Assembly: GCA_964016885.1 (NCBI GenBank)
Contig: OZ024745.1
Span: 108,686,001-108,750,000 of the forward strand
Length of the DNA: 64,000 nucleotides
DNA from: Eledone cirrhosa
Lineage: Eukaryota
Direction of reading: 5' to 3'
Shown: one piece after another, positions 53,166 through 64,000 of the stretch
How the letters are laid out: each line of letters starts with the position of its first letter
Numbering within the stretch: the stretch's first letter is position 1
Notes under the pieces: generated by a model
Database searches by the model: none
Seen by the model: only the letters and a program-made list of their open reading frames with translations
What the model was told of the DNA's origin: nothing
Translations under genes and position numbers: made by a program

Positions 53166-53640
53166 TATAACAAATGGGAGAGATGTAAACTCTACAAGCT
53201 GAAGTGAAACCTGTCAACTCTCCCCATCTGATGGGGGAAGATCTCCCAACCACTTTGGGATGGGTGAGAGATGTCTTCTCTTGTGAAAATGGGTATAGCT
53301 TTCATTATGTAAAATCTCAGGGCGGTGGATTGGCAGTATCAGTAGAGAGTCAGACACCATGCTTTGCAGCATAGAGTTACGGCCCTTTACGGTCTGAGTT
53401 CAAATGCCGCCGAGGTTAGCTTTGCCTTTCATTTCATCCTTATGGGGTCGATAAAATAAAGTACCAGTAACGTACTGGGGTCAATTTAATCGACTTCCCC
53501 CTTCAATTTAATGACTGGCCTTGTGCCTATACTAGAAATCATTATGTAAAATCATTATGGGGCACTTTTTTTTCATGGTACTCCCCGTTTGGGTTTTTAG
53601 AGGTTGACAGGTCTGCATCTAGGAGAGTAGTAACTCTGAA

Positions 53641-54012
53641 TAATAATTGTTTCTACTTTAGGCACAAGGCCAGCAATTATCCCAGTGCATTACTGGTACT
53701 TTATTTTATCGACCCCGTAATGATGAAAGGCAAAGTCAACCTCGGCGGGATTTGAACTCAGACCGTAAAGGGACGTAACTATGCTGGAAACCATGACGTC
53801 AGACCCTCTACCGATACTGCCAATTCACCTTAATAATTGTTTCTACTTTTGGCACAAGGCCAGCAATTACCCAGTGCATTACTGGTACTTTATTTTATCC
53901 ACCCCGTAATGATGAAAGGCAAAGTCAATCTCGGCGGGATTTGAACTCAGATCGTAAAGGGACGTAACTATGCTGGAAAGCATGGCATCCGACCTTCTAC
54001 CGATACTACCAA
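53641..54012 (-). mobile_element. Two tandem SINE family 1 copies
   Basis: 190-bp period starting TAATAATTGTTTCTACTTT. Confidence 0.85.
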
Positions 54013-55524
54013 TAGAACTCATTAGTAATACCAATGACAAGCTCCCTAGCATTGGTTGCATGAGAAAATGTTCAGTTGCAGTTAGTGATAGGATGTACAT
54101 CTACCTAGAAATTATGCTAAAAAATAGAAAGAAGAGAGAACAAATGAATGGAAGAGACTCAGTAAACCATCTTGTAGGCAAGGTTTAGAGGAACTATGTA
54201 GTTCAGCTGCAGATAAATTCCCTGGTGCCAGTGGCATAATAAAATGTGCATCCGGCCCACACTGTAAAGTGATTCCTGCAAAAAAAAAAAGAAAAAAAAT
54301 TAATAATTATAATAATAAATAAATAAATAAAATGTCATGGCCCCCACAGAACCACCCCCACCCAAATAAATAGTACAAAATATGCAAGAATAAAGATGAT
54401 CTACGTTTTCAGTTGGTGTTCAAACCCTGCAATTCTGAGTTCAAATCCCACTGAGGTTAGCTTGCCTTTCATCCTTACGGGGTCGATAAAATAAAGTACC
54501 AGTAATGCACTGGGGTTGTATTATTCGACTTTACGCGCCCCCCTAATTGCTGGCCTTGTGTCTATAGTAGAAATCTTTATAATTATTATTAATATAGAAT
54601 GTTATGCCCCATGGCTTAGCTTAAACCGTTTTGATACCAAATGAGAAATTTCTCATTTACTATCTTAACAGTTTAAGATTAGCCATCAGGCATAACATTC
54701 ATCATCATCATCATCATCATTATCGTTTAACGTCCATATTCCATGCTTGCATGGGTTTGGACGGGAGTTTTCCCACTTGAGGCAAGAGTAGTTGTCTTGC
54801 TCGTATAGGACTGTCTGGCGGGTTTTCTACGGCTGGATGCCCTTCCTAACACCAACCACGTTTACAGTGTGAACTGGGAGGTTTTTACCGTGTTACCTAC
54901 ACGGCCACATTACAGCGTGGACTGTGTGTTTTTTTGTCGTGACACCTACACGACCTCATTCTATAATAATATCTACACTTTCCTTTCCTAAGGTTTATAG
55001 TACTAAGTTGAATAAGGGTCTAACTGGTCTTAACAAGTAACAACTCATCCATATAGTATATACACACATCTTTCTCGACAACCAGTCTAACCCATGCAAG
55101 CATGGAAAATAAACATTCAATGGTGGTGGTGATGATGATGATGATTGTATATATATATATATATATAATGGAGGCACATGGCTTAGTGGTTAGAGCATTG
55201 GCCTTGCAATCGAAAGGTTGTGAGTTCAATTCTCAGACACTTTATTTCACATTGCTCCAGTTTACTCAGCTGTAGAAATGAGATGATAGGGACTGGGGTT
55301 CCTATCATTCCACTGCAAAGTGGTCGTGCAGGTGCCACTGCAAAAATTTACCCACCACTCACTGTAAATGAGGTTGGTGTTAGGAAGGGTATCCAGCTGT
55401 AGAAATCAAGCCAGAATCAGTTCCTGTCCCACCCTTGCAAGCAGGGAAAAGCGGACGTAAAATGAAATGATGATATTATTAAGATTATTAATAAATGAAG
55501 ACATTCACATAATCAAAATATATG

Positions 55525-55586
55525 TTTTATTATATATATTTCGAAGGTACTGTGCTGTTTTTTCAGTACGTCCTCGTCAGATAAAA
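55525..55586 (-). ncRNA. Type I hammerhead ribozyme motif (module B)
   Basis: TTTTAT-CTGACGA-GGACGTACTG..CAGTACCTTC-GAA-ATATATAT-A^ATAAAA. Confidence 0.8.
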
Positions 55587-55705
55587 TATATGAATTGATG
55601 TATGACATACCTCAACAGTCTTGATGGTTCAATTCCAGTATTGACTGCCAATACTGGAATTGAACCATCAAGACTGTTGAGGTATGTCATACATCAATTC
55701 ATGTA

Positions 55706-55766
55706 TTTTATCTGACGAGGACGTACTGAAAAACAGCACAGTACCTTCAAAATATATATAATACAA
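55706..55766 (+). ncRNA. Mirror hammerhead, GAAA mutated to AAAA
   Basis: CTGACGA...CCTTCAAAATATATATA; G12 to A, predicted inactive. Confidence 0.6.
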
Positions 55767-55911
55767 CATATATTTTGATTATGTGAATGTCTTCATTTAT
55801 TAATATTCTGAATAATATTAATAACTCCAGAAAACATTTTTCTGTAGAGTGCTTTTAATCTATTGTAAAACTATATTCATTGAGTAATCAATGAACCCTA
55901 TTAATCTTTGG

Positions 55912-55951
<40 letters not shown>

Positions 55952-55960
55952 TTATACATA

Positions 55961-56060
55961 CAGGGTATCCCAAAAAATGTATACACTCTTTGATTACCTG
56001 TACAGGCAATATTTATTAGAATGTTGTTGAAGTGTTTATACATTTTTGGGGTACACCCTG
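55961..56060. mobile_element. 100-bp Tc1/mariner-type MITE
   Basis: TA|CAGGGTATCCCAAAAAATGTATA ... TATACATTTTTGGGGTACACCCTG|TA; relatives at ~17895, ~27046-27135, ~28938-29018. Confidence 0.8.
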
Positions 56061-56401
56061 TATATATGTGTTTGTATATATATATATATATATGTATGTA
56101 TACATAATGGTATGCTGGTATGTAATGCCTAGGGGAGTTTAAATTTCTTCTGCCTTGCATAGTTAAGTTACTGTCCTGTGGTAAAGTTCTCATCAAAGCA
56201 AAGGACTAAGGAAGAAAACCTCAAAAGAAAATATGTTATGTAGCAACATTAAAGGCAAATGTTTGCTTGATATCCCCAACATAATTCGGACATCCACTGC
56301 AGGGACCTCAACTCACACTTGTCCTGACATTTCTTGCCACTGAGAATGTTTGGCTCCCCAAGAGAGTGTTGTTAGGAACTTGCAAAAGCTTGCAATTCTT
56401 A

Positions 56402-56436
<35 letters not shown>

Positions 56437-56567
56437 AAATTCTAGCCAGCAGGCTTGATAATTATATATATCCCCACCTTCAAAGGGATAAGGGATGCCT
56501 GGAGGTTTGAATAACTATGGGGTATTCGTGAGCACTAGCCATCTACAACAGCAGACATGTATGTATG

Positions 56568-56614
<47 letters not shown>

Positions 56615-56855
56615 CACACACACATATGTATATATATATATATATATACACATGCATACAAACATACACACATGTATATATATATGTATGTATATTATAT
56701 ATACATATATATGTATGTATATTATATATATATGTATATCTTATATATATATATATATATACGTATATTATATATACATGTATATTATATATATATGTGT
56801 ATTTGTATGTATGTATGTATCTCTTATTCTTTCTCTCTCTCTCTCTCTATAATAT

Positions 56856-56904
<49 letters not shown>

Positions 56905-57520
56905 AACAAACACATACACAACTATATATATAATCTGTAAAGTGTACATGCATGTGTCCAAGCATTAGCTGTGCATGTGTATAGATATAATATAAAACAG
57001 AAATAAACAAACTGAATTAAAAGGAAAGAAAAAAGAATTAAACTATAGTAAGAAGTAGATTAATATTACTCCCACATCCACATGTTAATGCTTAAGTAAA
57101 CTACAATGGTAATTACCAGACATTTAATGATATCTACTCAGTTTTATTACCTTATAAATGAATTATGTACAGATCGGAGAGACTCAGCTTTGCCCCAGTG
57201 GAGCACCTTGGTTTTTTTTCTTTGTTTTTACATTGCCTTTTAGTGTTGTACATGAAATTTTCCATAATTACATGGCTGGGCTAGTTTACTTGTGGGAGCA
57301 TATGTTTTTTTTTTATTGCTGGATGATTACCCTTCCTCTACCACTAACCACTTAACAAGCCAATAAGGGAACCTTTATATGGCTGCCTTACTGGCAAGTA
57401 ATAGCAGCCAATTTTCCTCAAATCACACCCTATCTAAAATCCCAAATCCAAAGCTTTCTAACTTCTGTTGGAGGAACTGGTAGACTTCCCCCTGGTAAAC
57501 TTCCACTGCCTCCTATCTCT

Positions 57521-57755
57521 GGCCATGTGGGGCTGAGGTATCAAGTCAGATCATTGTGCTATGTTGCTTTTGACTGCCCTCTATTTTTTCTCTACTGCCT
57601 TGGGGTTGGGGCCCACTCTGTTGCTCTAGTAATCCACATATTGGGCCATGTGGGGCTGAGGTATCAAGTCAGATCATTGTGCCATGTTGTTTTTGACTGC
57701 CCTCTAGTTTTTCTCCACTGCCTTGAGGCCCACTCTGTTGCTCTAGAATCCACAT
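57521..57755. repeat. ~122-bp direct duplication
   Basis: GGCCATGTGGGGCTGAGGTATCAAGTCAGATCATTGTGC twice. Confidence 0.85.
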
Positions 57756-57974
57756 GCTGTCTCTGAGATAAGAGCTGTGGTCAGCCCTTCTTGATGGTCT
57801 CAATTATGTCCTTCATTCACTCCAGACTACTATCAAATCCAGGTGTTGCTCTTCTTGTCATGTAAAGTTATGCTGAGCTGATTCTTTCAATTTTATGTTG
57901 GGCAACTGCAGTGGTGGTGTTGAGTGCCCACGTCTCACTTCCATATGTCATCACTGGCAGAACGTAATCATTAA

Positions 57975-58195
57975 CCCTTTAGCATTTACATTACTCTATA
58001 TATACTATTGTATTTTCACAGTAAAGGCTTTATCTCACATAATTATCTCACACAATATCGAAGCTACGAGATTTTGATGTTATTTATTTTGAAAACAATG
58101 CCCTAGCATTGGTGTGAGCAGCCGGTTACAGCTGGTTTAAACAGAAAGAGGTGAGAGAATTCTGGCTGGATAGGGCTGGTTTTAATGTTAAAGGG
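57975..58195. mobile_element. piggyBac-like MITE
   Basis: TTAA|CCCTTTAGCATT ... AATGTTAAAGGG|TTAA. Confidence 0.85.
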
Positions 58196-58424
58196 TTAAG
58201 CAGCTTTCTTTAGTTGCACACATTAAATAATATAGTCCTAGATGTATGTGATTGAAAAGAAAATAAGGCTGGTTGGATACAGCTTTAATGTATTTCATGA
58301 TAAATCTGCTGGAACTCACTTTTGCTATATCTACACAGCAGCAAAATCTAAAGTAACATACACCAATTTACTGTGATATAAGTGGTACACTCTTATTTGT
58401 TTTACTCAGACACTACAAAGTAAG

Positions 58425-58775
58425 CCAAAATTTAGTGTAGCATAACTTTAGTGCAGCAAATTTTTAGTGGAGCACATTTTTAGTGATGCCAAAAAATTTA
58501 GTGCAGCACATTTTTAGTGGAGCAAAAGAATTGTGGAGCTCATTTTTAGTGATGCCAAAAAATTTAGTGCAGCACATTTTTAGTGGAGCAAAAGAATTGT
58601 GGAGCACATTTTTAGTGATGCCAAAAAATTTAGTGCAGCACATTTTTAGTGGAGCAAAAAAATTGTGGAGCTCATTTTTAGTGATGCCAAAAAATTTAGT
58701 GGAGCCAAAATCTTTAGTGGAGCCAAACTTTTGTGGAGCAAATTTTTAATGGAGCTAAATTTTAGAGGAACAAAA
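58425..58775. repeat. 69-bp higher-order minisatellite of ~17-bp TTTAGTGGAGCA subunits
   Basis: Three 69-bp units plus degenerate flanking subunits. Confidence 0.85.
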
Positions 58776-60271
58776 TAATTAAGTATGAGTGGTGCCATAC
58801 TTACCTACAAGCTAAATAAACTATAGCCTGGGACCACACACCCTCATGTGCCTCATTAAAAAAACATTTTTATTTTATCATTAATTTATATTCTTTAAAA
58901 CTAAACCATCAAAAGATATATATATCTAATTAAAACAATGTTATCTCTGATCGAGACAAAGCGATAGTATATTGTCTCTCTGTTGACCGCTAGCTGCTGG
59001 TCTCTGTCCTCTGAGGCATTTTTGCCTATTGCTATCTTTAACAGCATTCAGTTGTTCTAACGGCCATTCTAGCGATGAGTTTTCTCATTTTATATGTATT
59101 CATATATGTATATATTATTTCTTCTTTAGGGCGGTGGATTGGCAGTATCGGTAGATGGTTGGACGCCATGCTTTGCAGCACAGAGTTACGGCCCTTTATG
59201 ATCTGAGTTCAAATCCCGCCGAGGTTAACTTTGCCTTTCATCCTTACGAGGTCGATAAAATAAAGTACCAGTAATACACTGGAGTAATTGCTGGCCTTGT
59301 GCCAAAAGTAGAAACAATTATTTCTTCTTTATCATTAACATTAATATAAAAAAATAATAGGCATGTATAATTATTTTTAAATATTTTCCCCAAATATTTT
59401 TAGAGAAGGGTCCCCAATTAAATATAGCTTAGGGCCTCAGCAGGTGAATATTCAGCTCTGGGTATGTGCTGCATACCTAAGGGTATACAGCACATTGATG
59501 AAAGCATCATTTGTACAGATGACCATATGGCTAACATTGAAATTTCAGTGTTATGGTGTATGTAAAAAGTAAAAGACAGACACATGGCTATTTGATATTA
59601 AGAACTACAAACAAATGTAGATAGAAAATAATCAAATATAATGCAAACTATACTTGTCTCAGACCGGGTGATGTGTTGTTTCCTTGAGCAAGACACTTTA
59701 TTTCACATTGCTCCAGTTTACTCAGTTGTAGAAATGAGATGATAGGGACTGGATCCCTATCATTCCACTGTAAAGTGGTCGTGGAGGTGCCACGAAAAAA
59801 AAAAGCACCCAGCACTCACTGTAAATGAGGTTGGTGTTAGGAAGGGCATCCAGCTGTAGAAATCAAGCCAGAATCAGTTCCTGTCCCACCCTTGCAAGCA
59901 GGGAAAAAGCGGACGTAAAATGAAATGATGATGATGATGATGATGATGATATATATATATATATATATATATACATAGGTTTTTATGTAAGTTGTGGTTA
60001 CTAGCGACAACACTGGTCGAACCACTCAATGTTGTTACAAGCCCGTCTCTTGGGTAAGTTGGGCATAGTCTCTCACCCTCCCATCCATTCTCAGCATTCA
60101 CCAGCCTCTCATAGTAACATTTCCATGCTTCTTTTTTTCCTTTTTAGCACCAGTGATGCCTAATGCACTGCTGTGCTCCAGGTTTAAGGTGGCTGTAGTT
60201 TGCAGAGTGTATATATATAGAGAGATGATAAGAAGTCAGATTTGCAGCTTGTTATGAGACTTTATTGCATA

Positions 60272-60764
60272 CTAGCAGTGGTACCCGGCGTTGCACGGGA
60301 TAAGGTATTTTGGAACGCGGGTTTGCCAACAGACCTAATCGTGAAAAAACTGCATGCCTGGACAATATGTAAAGAAAATAAACCGAATACTCTGATGGCT
60401 GGATAATCTTTAAGATTTTCATCGATGAAGCAGGAAAATTGCAGGTTTTCACCTAATGCGGGCCCTAGGCCGTAAAAAAGTTGGATTTTCTTTGAAGAAG
60501 AGACTGACTAATACATAGTTACAATTTCAAGGAAATCAGCCTGACGTAACGCCTAAAAAAAACCCCCAAAAGCTGAAAAAACGCAGTTTTTCACCTAATG
60601 CGGGCCCTAGGGGATCAAAAAGTTGAATTTTTTATGTGCATAACACTCTCTGAAACATAGGTAATACACATGTAAAGTTTGATAAAATCGGTTGGGTACT
60701 TCGAGTTTTAGGGATTCAAACTCACACACACACACACACATCCTCAGTTTTATATATATATAGA
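60272..60764 (-). mobile_element. Non-autonomous Helitron
   Basis: Minus strand A|TCTATATATA...(TG)n...hairpin CCCGTGCAACGCCGGG, CTAG|T; inserted between A and T without TSD. Confidence 0.85.
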
Positions 60765-60799
60765 TTATCAGAAAGAGGCTGAAAGAAGGTTTGCCAATG

Positions 60800-61290
60800 T
60801 CTTGCGACATGAAGGTCAGAAATGTGAGGTGTCCTGCATTGCAAGGCAGTGTATCAGTGTGAATCAGGATGCTGTTGAGGAGAGGGGTTTTTGTAATGAT
60901 TCTGGTGCATTAGGCATCACTCTAGTGCCCCCCCCCCCCCCCAAAAAAAAAAGAAAACAAAAAGAAGCCTGGAAATGTTACTATGAGAGGCTGATGAATG
61001 CTGAGATGGATGGGAGGGTGAGAGACTACCTGCAACTTACTCAATAGAAGAACCAGCTATTGAAATTGACTTTAATAGGGTTAAAAAAGCGATCAAAGCG
61101 CAGGACCGCTAGAGATAGTTGCTGAGATGCTAAAAATATTGGGAGATGTAGGAGCTGAAATAACAACCCGCATAGTCAATCAAATAATACAGGACACTCT
61201 AGAAAGGAATAAAACTATTGAAAATGGTTATGCAAGTGACAGAAAAAGTTCTAGCGCTGTTAATTAGGGGAAAAATAAAGTTAGATGATT
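60800..61290 (+). pseudogene. Degraded RTE-clade ORF fragment; partial inverted copy at ~60050-60175
   Basis: KEAWKCYYERLMNAE, IVAEMLKI, MQVTEKVLALLIRGKIKLD. Confidence 0.65.
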
Positions 61291-61615
61291 GTTATAAGCT
61301 ATTTTACAGCAATCCTACATCTTATAAAATCATTTCCTCAGCGCTTGGTAAGTTTGAATATATGGGCTTCACACAACATTTATTTACATTTTCAAACATT
61401 GTTTGATTCAGCTCCTTAATTTAAGACAGTAGGATGTTGAAAAAAGCCCCTTAACTCAATGGTGAGAACAACTAGCTGATATCTGGTTGATACGGTGTTC
61501 CATTCTTCGTAGCGCCCTCTGTAAGCAGTTTCCCGTCTCTAAGGTTTTGTACGCGATTTTTATAAGCTATTTTATAGCAAATAACTGTAATTTTCTGCGC
61601 CTGAACATCTTGCAT

Positions 61616-61654
<39 letters not shown>

Positions 61655-61682
61655 GTGGTTACACAACAGTTAGTTCACCATA

Positions 61683-61722
61683 CCGAGAACAATTGTTTCA
61701 CCTTAGCGGATCCTCAGCTCGG
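61683..61722 (-). ncRNA. Type I hammerhead in the Penelope 3' pseudo-LTR
   Basis: CCGAG-CTGAGGA-TCCGCTAAGGT-GAA-ACAATTGT-T^CTCGG, ~160 nt downstream of the stop codon, same strand. Confidence 0.85.
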
Positions 61723-61884
61723 AATGGGCATGGTTATAGGAACAGGAAAGACAACCGTACGAACGCGCATGCGCAGAAACCCGGTCACTTCACACAGGCA
61801 ATATTAGACTGCGTGCGAGAGGTGTAAGGGAGATAACTGCGAAAGTCCGAAAAATTTTTAGGTTGAAAATAAAATTACAAAGAA

Positions 61885-62382
61885 TCAGTCCGGAGCCTTG
61901 TAGTTATGCAATAGGTGTTTGGCGACGTGTGGACAACGTGTGAACAATTCATTTTTCGTGTTTAGGCAATCACTATTGCGTAATCTCTTTAGAATAGTTA
62001 TTCGTTCGTCAATACATAAGCTACACGTCGGATTTCCCCTTGCGTATGGCTTGGATTTAGTGATGGCTTTCCATTGAATGGAGTAGTCTATACTTGAGTC
62101 CTTGAGGGACCATACGTGGCTCACGAGTTTCGTGGATGAACGTCTGTCCGGGTACCTGAAGGTAGACTGGTGGTTCAGGAAACGTTCCTTAAATCGGCCC
62201 TCCGCCATGCCCACATAGGAGTTGACCTCCTGTGGTTCGTTTGGTCGGTTGGAAGTGACCACAGCTTCATAAATTACGGCTGGTGTTTTGCATTGCTGTT
62301 GAAGGGGGCAAGCTTCAGGCTTACGGCAAGAGCACCCTGGTGGGGTGTTTCTCCTAGGGCTGCTGGTGATGTGGGCCTTCAT
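61885..62382 (-). pseudogene. Penelope GIY-YIG endonuclease domain
   Basis: CSCR..CPL...C, VIYEA..YVG..FKERFLNH..CSLC..E..LN..NELF.RCPH. Confidence 0.9.
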
Positions 62383-62738
62383 GTTCTTAGCTCAGGAGTA
62401 TCCTAGTTTAACTTTGTGTTGGTTAAAGATGGAGCGGTATTTATGACTTATGAGAAAATGTCTATCTAAGAGAGCTAGACATTTTTTTCCTACATTGATT
62501 TTAACGTTGAGTGAGAAGGGAGGAGAGAACCAGATAGTTTGTCTATTGTTGCGCTTCTTTTCTTATTGTTGTTGTTGATAGTGGGAGAGTAAGTGATAGG
62601 TTGTGAGAAGCCGCTGTTAGCTAACGCCATGTTATTGTAGAGTGCCGCCCTGTCAAAGAGAGCCTTATTAGAGGATAGGTTTAAGATTCTAGTACTGATA
62701 TTCTTAACGAAGTTTCTAAAAACAGTGGGAGGGTGGCA

Positions 62739-63245
62739 TTAGTCCTTGTGAATGTAATTGAGTTTCTCGTTTAGCTTATGGAAGGGTCTGTGGGTGTGTG
62801 TGCGAAGGTCTAAATTAATGTCTAAGAAATCTACGCTAGAGAGGTTGGTGGCTACTGTTATCCTAATGCCTAACTCATTGAAGGTAGAAGCTAAGTCTTT
62901 TTTAAACCGGTCGAGGTCGTGACCACTTTTATGGCTCGATAAAGTCAGTCCATCGTCGCGGTATATTCCCGTGTGGAAGTCCGGGAATCTAACACGTAAT
63001 ATGTCTAAGATAAATAGGCCAACCAAGTCACATACGTCAGCACTGTCAAACGATCCCATGGAGACGACGAATAGGTCTGAAGTTGTAGACTTCTTTGCCC
63101 AGGCTACTCCGTCGTTGAAGAGGAGGGTTTTCCGGCAGTGAGCGATGATTTCCCTGTCTAAACCATCGACGGTGGTATAAGTGGTAGCGAAGTCCAACGC
63201 TTTGTTTAACAGGGTCTCTGAGATCGACGGGTAAAAATCGACAAA
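62739..63245 (-). pseudogene. Penelope reverse transcriptase core
   Basis: VDFYPSISE, SMGSFDSADVCDLVG, GIYRDDGL, VDFLDINLDL; interrupted by stop codons. Confidence 0.9.
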
Positions 63246-63369
63246 AGTTCCTTGGCTTCTGTATTAATGTCGTGGTAGGCCATAGGGTTAGCTTTCTTAT
63301 ATTTAGAAGTAATAGCGTTATGGGCCAGGTGGCGGAAAGTGGTGTTGTCGACTTCGTAAATATTATATA

Positions 63370-63413
<44 letters not shown>

Positions 63414-63929
63414 TCCCTTCTCCTCCTCACTTTTGGTTGCCCGTGTCTCTCACTTTCTCCTGTCTATGTGAGAGGCAGCACGATTATACCAGCTCTGAGT
63501 CGTAGCTGACCACCAGGCTAAAGTCTCCCAGGCTGGCCACAACTTACTTACTTTCCCTATTTTTCCACGGTTACTTTTTTGCATGTTTCTTTCACCTGTG
63601 TCTTCCCACGATGGGACCTGTACACTTTTTTTCTATTCCTTTTCCCTTCCCCCTTTCTCCCCCCCCCCCTGTTCTTCCTCCTTTCCCTCTCTTCTTTTTT
63701 CTCCCCTTTTTTTTCTCACTTTCTTTCTCCTTTTCCACCTTTTGATTAATAAAAGGCCTCGGGCGCACCCGAACTACACCGATGTCCTGTAATTCAGCGC
63801 CGAAACATCGGTTCGGGAAACATTTACAGCTGACGATGGAAACTCCTTTCTTCCTTTGTCCTCCTGTTCCGTCCTAACCACCATCCTAAACCTTGTTTTT
63901 AGTAACCACACAGCTCCTTTCGTTTCATA

Positions 63930-63978
<49 letters not shown>

Positions 63979-64000
63979 TAAAATAACAGATTAAAGTTTA

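Larger units (their letters stand above)
55473..55818. repeat. ~345-bp palindrome inside a module B copy (element extends to ~55912)
   Basis: Arms around CCAGTATTG-ACTGC-CAATACTGG; afterwards sequence resumes colinear with 31880-31980. Confidence 0.9.
61652..63360 (-). mobile_element. 5'-truncated Penelope-like element (probably Naiad-type) between (TA)n tracts
   Basis: RT and GIY-YIG ORF pieces plus 3' hammerhead; both ends abut (TA)n; internal deletion near 63248. Confidence 0.9.

Noticed and set aside
61885-62382. Selenocysteine recoding as described for some Naiad elements
   Set aside because: Conserved Cys positions are ordinary Cys codons; no in-frame TGA before the terminal stop.
63770-63900. 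Hairpin CCCGAA..ACCGATGT/ACATCGGTTCGGG and CTGACGA-TGG
   Set aside because: Could not assemble a complete hammerhead; possibly a rearranged pseudo-LTR.

Overview
AT-rich eukaryotic, repeat-dense DNA, most consistent with an octopod cephalopod genome (inferred from repeat content; not verified). No host protein-coding gene can be supported; most listed ORFs are microsatellite or satellite artefacts. Recognisable content: two tRNA-derived SINE families (dozens of copies), a near-complete hAT (hATm-like) transposon disrupted by a SINE, a 5'-truncated Penelope-like element (RT + GIY-YIG), remnants of RTE, L1/Tx1, R4/Dong and CRE retrotransposons, piggyBac-, Tc1- and hAT-type MITEs, two non-autonomous Helitrons, and several satellites, including a 3-kb 48-bp array grown inside a SINE. 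The main hidden signal is non-coding: at least 14 type I hammerhead-ribozyme motifs (CTGANGA...GAAA...UH with pairing stems) belonging to about 10 unrelated short sequence modules. Most sit next to (TA)n tracts and are repeatedly associated with fold-back palindromes (0.1-1.95 kb) or partial tandem repeats. A further 9-copy family keeps only the 3' half of a hammerhead, folded back on itself at stem II. Together this looks like a Penelope-driven system of ribozyme-bearing, (TA)n-targeting mini-retroelements that generate inverted duplications. All folding was done by eye.
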